From: Sminthopsis crassicaudata
Taxonomy: Eukaryota
Length of the DNA stretch: 58,309 nt
NCBI RefSeq assembly: GCF_048593235.1
Contig: NC_133620.1
Coordinates: forward strand, 451,637,261 to 451,695,569
Direction of reading: 5' to 3'
The notes beneath the pieces are model-generated. The model did not search any database and was not told the DNA's origin. It worked only from the letters and a program-made list of their open reading frames with translations. Position numbers and translations under genes: made by a program. Shown here piece after piece: positions 1 through 29,811 of this stretch; within the stretch, counting starts at the first letter, position 1, and each line of letters begins with the position of its first letter.

Positions 1-344
1 GCATTGTGCAAGTGCTGAGGGATATGAAGAAGTAGTAGAAACTCTCCCACTGTACTTAATATAATTGAGATAAGACACCCACATACCGGACAGTGATACA
101 GGAGATGAATTTGCTTCTACCTCAAGGTCTCCCTCTGCAATCCTTCCCCCTTATCCCTCCAACAATTGCCTGAATTAATTGTTTTTGTGTATGGTTTGTC
201 TGTGGTTTGAATGCCCCAGGATTTTCCCACAGCTCTCCATTCTCTGCCAAATAAAGGCCAGACTCTAACTGCAAACAAGCATTGACTTCCCGTTTGTCCC
301 TGGCAATAACTGTACTGAACATTTCCTGTGCTTTCCTATCTCTC

Positions 345-665
345 ACCTTTCACATATTCCCCTGTGCTTAGAATGGCCTCTCATCCTTGCCTATTAGAAT
401 TTTACCGGTTAAAAAAAAAACTTGCCCGTTTTCTGGGAACCTTGCTCCAACGCCCCCCATAGTTTCTAGCCTCTCAGATTTATAGTAATCTTTCTTGAAT
501 ATGAACTCTCAATACTTTATGCCTGTTTTATGCACTTAATCATATTTTAAATTTTATTGTTTATATGTGTTCTGGTCTTATTTCCTTTATAAAATGTAAG
601 TTTTTTAGGAGCAAGGCCTATGTGATATTTCCTGTTCCTCCTCTAGTGGCCTAGTGTAGTAACTA
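345..665 (+). mobile_element. Degraded LINE-2 3' end
   Basis: Resembles the L2 3' terminus (aatgtaagttttttaggagcaaggcc...ggcctagtgtag); boundaries approximate. Confidence 0.45.
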
Positions 666-1358
666 CACTGTGGATAGGAGGCTTTGGATCAGTGTTTCTG
701 AAGAAGTGGAAGAGTCAGCAAGTATTTGAGGGATTCAGAAGAGAGAACTCATTATGTTGTGTGGTGATGAGGGGAGACGGCAGTGCAAGGTAGGCATCGG
801 ATAGGTCGGTAGGGATTTAGGGACCCCACACATGAAATGCTCAGGAGATATTAAGGAGACTCATCTTGCTGGAGCAGAAAGTTCCTGTGGGGAGGAGGAA
901 GAGCTAAGATTGCAACAGACAGGTTGATCCTGGAGGAAACCTTCGAGAGATCTAATTGAACCCTATCATTTACAGAGAAAGGAGCCGAGGTCCATCTGTA
1001 AGATGGGGATCCCTACATTATAGCCCAACTATCTAAGCCATGTTCTTAAAAGATATTAGAGGTCAGGTGGCATGATAGCAATGAAAATTATCTGGGCAAG
1101 AAAGGGGATACATATCCAAAGTAGAGAATAAAAGAAAGGAGGAATGGGAGCCAGCCCATCTAAGTAAGCTCCTAGCAACCAGCCTACCCCCAGGGAAGAG
1201 TTTATCTTGGTGGAGACAAGGGCTGCAAATAGCTTCCAAGACTGAGAGTCTTGGTTCTGCTTTCACCCTCCTAGCAGGTTTAAGAACCTCTAGGGAAGGC
1301 AAAATTCCTGGTTCTCAGCCTGCAACTCTTCATCAGGTCTCCTTGAAGCATTGTGTGA

Positions 1359-22768
<21,410 letters not shown>

Positions 22769-23315
22769 GAAGCCTGCCCTGGGACTCAGGTCACCTCCAG
22801 GGCTGAGCAGGGCCGGCCAAGCCCTCTTCCAGAACTCCGGTTCTGTCCATTTGATGGCGTGACGTGACATTTTCCATGCTGGTCAGCTTGGACAGGTGAT
22901 GGGAACAGGTCACCTGTGTATAGGAGTCCAGGTGCTTGGTGGCAGGCCTCCCCACGCTGACCCCCGTCTCTGGCGGGGAATGGAGGACAGGCCAGGAGGA
23001 GTGTGTGTTCCCTGTCATTCTCTGGGCGCCTGTCCCCACCAATTCGGGGCTGCGACTTGGGGCACCGGGCTCTCCCGACAAGAGACATTCCCCCCGCCCC
23101 GGTCTCCAGTTCTGCAGGAGATGCTATTTATTCAGGGAGGGGTTCGGCTTAGGGGAGGGCCAGAAGAGAGGAAAACTACCTGACGTTGAAGCCAAAAGCT
23201 GGAGTGGCAGCCGCTCCTCGGAGCAGGAGAGTGGGGCAACCCTTCCCTCCCCGCCCCCACCCGCCTTGACGCTGCATGGCCGCCCTCTCACTGCAGCTTC
23301 TGCCCTGTCCATTGG

Positions 23316-23321
23316 AATAAA
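23316..23321 (+). terminator. SUPT6H: SUPT6H polyadenylation signal AATAAA
   Basis: First canonical AATAAA about 550 nt after the stop codon, followed by GT-rich sequence. Confidence 0.75.
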
Positions 23322-23656
23322 CAGTGTTTCTACAGAGCGTGGTGCTGCTTTTCTCTCCAGCTGCTGGGGTCCCCTCAAAAAGCTTGTGCTGCCCAGTGCC
23401 CACAGCCATGTAGGCTCTCTCTGCCTCGGGGTCTGTCAGTCACCTCAGGTGCCAGTGCTATTCCAGAGCCAGGAATCCTCCATGAAAAGGCATTGTAGCT
23501 CTCCCGTCCTCCCTGATCACCAGGATCTGCCCCGCCCCTGCTCAGGCCTCTTGCACCCTCTGCCCCCACTGTTAGACGTTCTTTGCCACATCAGCCCTGG
23601 GGAGGGCCTCAGCATTGTGGGCACTGAGCCCCATCCCAGCCTCCTCCCCCCACTTT

Positions 23657-23662
23657 TTTATT
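23657..23662 (-). terminator. PROCA1: Distal candidate PROCA1 polyA signal (AATAAA on minus strand)
   Basis: TTTATT on plus strand about 650 nt past the stop codon. Confidence 0.45.
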
Positions 23663-24122
23663 CACTGCAGTTGGCCTCTGGGGGCTTCCATACAAGGGCT
23701 TCATCCCAGCTTTGTTAGAGAAGCCTGGGAAAGTGAGCCGGTCCTCCCGATCCCTGTCTCCCCCCCCCACAGCCTCGGCCGTTGAACTGGTTCTAGTCCC
23801 TTCCACACTGTGCGCCACTCCTGTCTGGGCCCATCCATGCTGAATGGCCTCCTGCCGGGCCTTATCAGCCCTCTCGGAGTCAGCCAATTGATGGCACACA
23901 GCAGAGGGAGAGGGGAGTGGCTGTGAGTGCTGTAGCCTCCCCCCCCCACCAAAAAGCTCTAGACAGACTGTCCCCCACCCTGCCCCTTTATCTCCCTTGG
24001 CTAGAGCAGACATAGGGCTCAGGCTGTCCCTTTCGCTCTGCCATTCCTGTGCTTGCTCCTCCAGCCCAAGGTGAGGGAAAGGAGGCCTTGGCCCCTGGGG
24101 GTGGGACTCCACCCCAAGTGTT

Positions 24123-24128
24123 TTTATT
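24123..24128 (-). terminator. PROCA1: Proximal candidate PROCA1 polyA signal (AATAAA on minus strand)
   Basis: TTTATT on plus strand about 180 nt past the stop codon. Confidence 0.55.
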
Positions 24129-24306
24129 GAGGCGTTCATCTTGATTCCCCTCACACCCGTCCCTCTCCACAGTTCCTCCAGTAACTGACAGCCCCTGGAT
24201 GGCCACCAGAAAACCCTGCCTGCACCTCCGGGGCTGCTGCCTTCCAGGCACCCGGTCACTGGTGCCAGGGGAGGAGCGCGGGAGAGTGCCAGGTGCTGGC
24301 TGCCCC

Positions 24307-25839
24307 TCAGCTGAGGCTCGGCCCCTTTGAGAGTGCAGCTTTCTTCCCGTGCCCTTTCCTTCCTCGACGCCCCTTCCTCCTCCCCTTCTTTGGCCGGCCC
24401 ATGGCCTTGACTTCTGTCTCTCTGGGAGTTTCTGCCGGCTCCTTTGCTTTGGGCTCATCCTGGAGGATGTCATTAAAGGCGTCGTCCTGGCTGCCCCAGT
24501 CCAGGGCCGTGCCCTCCTTGGTGGTGGGCACAGAGCTCTTTCCCTCCTCTCGCTCTCTGCCCAGCTGGGGCTCCGAGCCAGGGAGGGGTGTCAGCAAAAG
24601 GCCCTTTTTCTTTGTCCTTTTCTCCTTTTTCTTCCCTTTGTGGATGCCCTTGCCATCCTGAGCTGCCGGCTGTGCCGGGGGGAGCCAGACCCTCCGGCTT
24701 CGGGTGGGAAGCACCAGGCCTGCAGTAGTGCTGCCTGGCGGTGGCAGAGGGGTAGCGTGGGACAGGCCACTGATGGCTCCCCCAAATTCATAGAGCACAG
24801 GGTCATGCAGCACCGCCCGGGGCATGGGGCCATAGCTTTTGCACCTGCAGAGGGAAGGGAAGGGTGCCCGCGTACAGGAGGGGCGAGGAGGGCCAGTGCC
24901 CCCCACCCCTGTGCCCGTCCACACTCACCAGCCATACCAGTAGCGCTCCACACACTGCTCCTCATAGGTGAGCTCAAAGCAGGGCACCTGGATGACGTTG
25001 AAGAAGGCCTGGCCCACGGCTCGGGAGGCCTCGTCGTTCACCTGCCGCAGGCACTTCTTCAGCCTGCCGGACACCAGCTCTCAGGCCTGCCCCAGCCTCG
25101 CCCCCACCCTCGCTCCCAAGGCCCTGACCGAAGCTGCCCGGCAGCCCCTCCCTTTCCTAGGGATACAGAAGCGTCCAGAGGGGCAGAGCCTGAAGCAGGG
25201 AGCCCGCTCAGGAGCACCTGGGGCACTTGGCTCCTCCTTGTGGCTCGAGGGTGGGAGGCCCCCGAACCGGGACCACTGCTCACCTGGCGTCACAGTCGCA
25301 GTGGCTGATGGTGTGCCAGCGGAAGTTGTGGTGGCCGTAGCCAATGGTGAAGGGGTGGATGACCTCCTGGCACTGGTCGTGCTCTCGACAGCATCTGTCT
25401 GTCTCCTCCAGCTCCCCTGGGTGGGGGGCCAGGGAGCTTAGTGCACCCAGATCCCTCGCCTCGTCGCCCCGAGCCCGCGCCTTCTAGTACCTTGTACCCT
25501 GAAGGGCGATGCCTGGCCCGGCGCCACCCTCGTCGCTCCAGCTGCTGGCCCCGTCCCCTTCCTCTCCCCAAGCTCTGCCCCAGCCTCTGAAGCTGTGACC
25601 TATGACCTTCTGCCCATGACACCCCCTTGCTCAGTGCCGGCCCTGCCCCCCTTACCTAGCTGCTCGTAGCTCTCGGCGTTGTTTCCTGCCCCGCACCACA
25701 GCGTGCCCGGGTAAGTGAAGCCCCTCTTGGCCCGGTGGGGGGCGGTCCCTAGGCTTCCTGATCCAGCCAGGCCCCCGGCCATGGTGAGCAGGAGCAGCAG
25801 CAGCGGCCGCGGCCCCAGCCAGCAGCCCCAGAGACCCAT
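24307..25839 (-). CDS. PROCA1: PROCA1 orthologue encoding an apparently intact secreted group III-type phospholipase A2 with a basic C-terminal tail, 329 aa
   Basis: Exons (minus strand): 25839-25656, 25416-25284, 25063-24929, 24844-24307; GT-AG, phases 1/2/2, 990 nt. Translation: MGLWGCWLGPRPLLLLLLTMAGGLAGSGSLGTAPHRAKR-GFTYPGTLWCGAGNNAESYEQLGELEETDRCCREHDQCQEVIHPFTIGYGHHNFRWHTISHCDCDARLKKCLRQVNDEASRAVGQAFFNVIQVPCFELTYEEQCVERYWYGWCKSYGPMPRAVLHDPVLY...KGPSLS*. Syntenic position between SUPT6H and RAB34. PCFELT..E..VER..YGWCKSY matches recalled human PROCA1. Confidence 0.9.
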
Positions 25840-27389
25840 GGCCTGGTCTGCTCTGAGTCTCCTGAGCAAGTCTCTCCTCCCAGCGCCTTATACAGCCACC
25901 CAAGGCCGCAGGGTGGCCTGATCTGCCCGGGGAGGGGCTAAGGCCCCTGGCCTAGCCCTCCTCCCTCTTCCCCCTTCCTCACACAACCCCTTTTCTTTCA
26001 GTCCCTTTGCAGCCCCCACCTCCTACCTCTTGCCCCTTCCTCCCCTCACCCCTTCCCCTTTGTCTGCCTTTCCCCTCCCCTTTGCCTCCTTTTGTTTCTC
26101 CCCTTCCCCACCTCCTTCCTTTCCCCCTTTTCCCTGTCCCTCCTCTCGCTTGTCTTTCTCCCAGACTCCCCCGGATCTGCGGACCCCAGGCTCCCTTCCC
26201 CCCATCCCGCTGGGCCCCGGAGACCATGGCCCTCCCCTTCGCGCCGGGCAAAGGGGGCCAGGTTTGGGTGATGGTCCCTGGGGAGGAGGCAGCTTGGACC
26301 GGTACATGGGCTGAATCTCGGCTTTCGGGCCCAGCTCTGGGCCGAGCCCTCTCCCGTGGGCAGCTGGAGCGGCCCGAGGCCCCGACAGGTGGGCTGCCCT
26401 CCACTGCGAGAAAGCCCCCCCCCCCCCATTTAGAGCCCAAAGCCACTGGGCATAGGACAGGTTCCTCTTTCTGGCCGAGACCCCTCCCAATCTTAGCCCA
26501 TAGGGAAGAACAGAAGGGGTTAAATCCCACTACCCTAAGCTGGGCCACCAGCCTGCCAGTTACCTCTGACCCCCTCCTCCTTCACGGAGCCAGAAGGGGG
26601 TGGGTCCAGCTGGTTGCTATGGCAGCCTGCATGGGGTGATGTTGCCCTGCCAGCCTTCTCCAAACAGCCCATTGATCCTGTGGGATGCTGCTTCTTTCCA
26701 GGCCCCCTCCTCCCCCTGGGAGGACCTTTTTCCCCTCTTGCCTGTGGGGAGAGCTCGTTCACACCCCCCACGGGGGGAATTAGCATAGGAGGCCTGGCTG
26801 GGGCCTAGTTAGCTGAAGTAGTTCTAAAGAGCCTAAGGGCCGGGGAGACAGAAAAGGCCCCCTTCCCACCACTCAATGGACATCTCAAGACCCCCCCCAA
26901 ATAATCACTCCCCTCTGCTCCTGGGACAGCAGCCCCACACCCTCCCCAGATTGATCTGAGGGGCCCCTCCGTTTCCAAGGCTGGGATAAAGCTCCAGCAT
27001 CACCACAGAGCTGCCCCCGCCCTCCTCTTTCCTGGCTCATTGGTGGGCACAAAGCTGAAGGCTGGGCACAAAGCTGGCGGCAGCTCTGCTGTTTCTGGAT
27101 GGGAGGCCTGCCTCAGGGTGGGCTGTCCGGGGGTCCCGGGGCCCTGCTCTGCATTCATGTAACAGCATGTGACCCTTCCCTCAACTTTTCCAGCCCCTTC
27201 ACAGGCTGCAATGTCATCAGTGGGTTGGGGTGCCTTGGTCCCCACAACTCCCTGCTATCCTGGAACAAGGGTGCTGGAGCATGGGAGGGGGGAGTAAAAA
27301 GAGAGATCTTGACTCTAGACCAGGCCTGGTGGGTGGAGAGATTCCCACACCCATGCGCCCCAGAACTGACAGCCCTGAGGTTGAGCCAA

Positions 27390-27800
27390 CGAACGTTTAT
27401 TAAGCACCTGCAGTATATAAAGTGCCACTTTAGGCACCTGGGATCCCACAATGTAGACCCCACTCAAGGATTTAAGAGCAGAAAGACAAAATCTGCAGGT
27501 GGACATAATACAAAAGGCAGTGAAGCTGGAAGGGGAGGGAAGGGAAAGTCACTTAAACCTGGGGGGTGGTAGAGACTGGGATGGGGAGGGGGCTTCATGG
27601 AGGAGGTGGAACTAGAAACGGGCCTTGGAGGGGCCTCAACAGACTGGGGGAGAACTGAGGGAAGAAAGAAAATGGCAGAAGGAACAAGAGCCTAGTTGGG
27701 CAAATCATAGGAAACAGATTGTGGAGGGCCTCAGAGAAGTCAGGGGGCTGAAACTTTATGGAGAAGGGATGGCCTGGAGCAGCAGTGAGTGGGTGTGTGT
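27390..27800 (-). mobile_element. LINE-2 3' fragment
   Basis: tttattaagcacct start and ggcttcatggaggaggtggaact..gggccttgg, typical of antisense L2. Confidence 0.55.
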
Positions 27801-29811
27801 ATTGGGAGGGATGGGAGGGGGCAGATTGGCTAGAGTAAAGAACATCCCAGAAGAGAAAACAAAGATGAAGGATCGAGGTTCTGCACCTGTGAGGGTTTGA
27901 TAGGATCATAGAGATGATAGGTCATTCACAGAGACTGAGCCGCGGCCCAGAGAGGTTCATCACTTGTCCAGAGTTGCACAGGAAAGGGGGAGCACTAGAA
28001 CGAGAGAGGAGCCTTTGTCCTACAGGCCGGTGGAAGCTCCATGTAAGGAGGAAGAATGGGCCTGGGAGGCAAGAGCACCTGCCCTCCAGATGAAATCCTG
28101 CTACTCCCTGTGCCGCAGGCCAAGGAGGCCCGTGCCAGGCCCCAAAGAGAGCCGCCATATTGGAGACAGCAGGTGCCCTGAAGGAACAGGTGTGACCGAA
28201 CTTACTGCACAACAAACTATAAATGTGCAAAATTAAGAAACTAGGTTAGATCTGTATGAACCAAGGTAGAGCAGAGCAGAGAGCCGTAGAACCATATGTA
28301 CAATAAAATCAAAACATCCAGAGACCTCAGAGCAACACAGTGGCCAACCTTGACTCTGACTCTTGGGGACTGGCAACAAAATAACAGCTTCCTCTCTGGG
28401 CAGAAGGGGGTGGACCACAGGTGCGGAAGGGTGTCTAACTATATTTCACCAACCTCCATCTTTAAAGCAGAACATTCTGGCCAACTGGGCCCTCCTTTGT
28501 CTCCTGCATTATGTGAGTGAGTGGAAGTAGAACTGAGGATGTAGGGTGTGGGGAGGAGGGAGGGACCACGGAAGGCATCAAGACTAGGGGGATGGGACCG
28601 GGGCTCAGGAGAACCAGCTTCCTTTGCCGCTGATTGAATATTGGGCAAGTCAGTTCTTCCTCCATAGGGGCCAGAGTGGCTTCCAGGGTCCCTTCTGGCT
28701 CGGAGATTCTGAAGTCAGATGTGACAAGAGGCGCGAGATGTGATGGAGGGAGCCAAGTTCTCCAAGAGCAACCGACCTCTGCCTTTGAGGAAAGGGTGAT
28801 GGGTAAGGCACGTGGCAAAGCAATCAAGAAAGCAACGGACCAGGAGCCGGCCACCATAACCAGGGACCTGGAAGCGAGGACTAGGGATAGAACCTTGTTT
28901 GTCTGGGAGAGAAAGGGTCACAGATTTGGGCCGCTTGGGACCGGACCCCATGGCCCTTTCTCCAAGGTATCTCCCACCGAGTGCACCTGGTGGGACTTTC
29001 CCTGAAGTTTGGGGCTTCACCTGTTATTCCTTAGAGCATAATTTTTGAAAAGCAGGAAGAGAACAAAGTTTAACCCAAAGGAAATGCTCCCCCATGGTGG
29101 AATAATGGACGCGAGAAGAGATTCTCAGGGATCGACTTCCGGCACCCTCGCAATACCCTTATGGACGGCTGCCTGTTTTACCTTGGGGGATGCTGGCAAG
29201 AGATCCCGAGCAGCTGCTCCCCCTCCGTCACCCCACACTCCACCCCATCAGCACCAAGTGTGCTTCCCAGAATGTCCCGGGACCTTCACAACCAAGGTCA
29301 GGGCACGAACGGCAGGCGTGACTCCGGAGCGTCTGCCCGGTGACCTCAGACAACTCTTTCCTATCCCAATAAAGGGGCAAGCTTGTCCCTAAGATCCCCT
29401 AGAACTAAAATGCCACTGTCTCAGGATTCCATGATTCATCCCTTCCCTCAGAGACTCCCTACAAGCGAGACTATTGTATAAGGCACAGTGTGATGGGGCA
29501 AGGGAGCAGCAGGGGGTGCCCATGCCCACTGGTGCCCAACAGGCAGAGCAAAGTTCTGGGGATCCTTCAGTCCTTTTTCTGTCCCACCGTGCCGGTCACC
29601 TCCCCAGAGTCCCCATGGAGCACCCTAGAGAGATCAGGCTTTGGTGTGTGCCGGGGGGGAAGAAGGGCACCCAGGCTGGCAGGGCTCCTGCTTCCTTGAT
29701 GAGAGAGCTCTTTGGTCTGGAAAAACAGTTCAGTGCAAATGCTTGTGGACTCGACACCAGGAGAGTGGCCACGGGCACCCGCGGGCAGTGCCAGGATCCG
29801 GGGCCACACGC

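Noticed and set aside
122-346. 74-aa minus-strand ORF with protein-like composition
   Set aside because: No recognisable homology or splice signals; lies in SUPT6H intron 1 and is within chance length.
24845-24928. PROCA1 84-nt intron 3 (multiple of 3) as a retained coding intron
   Set aside because: An in-frame TGA follows immediately after the donor.
24349-25308. 319-aa plus-strand ORF and other ORFs overlapping 24.3-25.9 kb
   Set aside because: Antisense or off-frame shadows of the GC-rich PROCA1/PLA2 exons.
25780-25782. Second in-frame ATG (Met20) of the PLA2 gene as a source of a non-secreted isoform
   Set aside because: The first ATG has an optimal Kozak context (gccATGG), so leaky scanning is unlikely; no other support.
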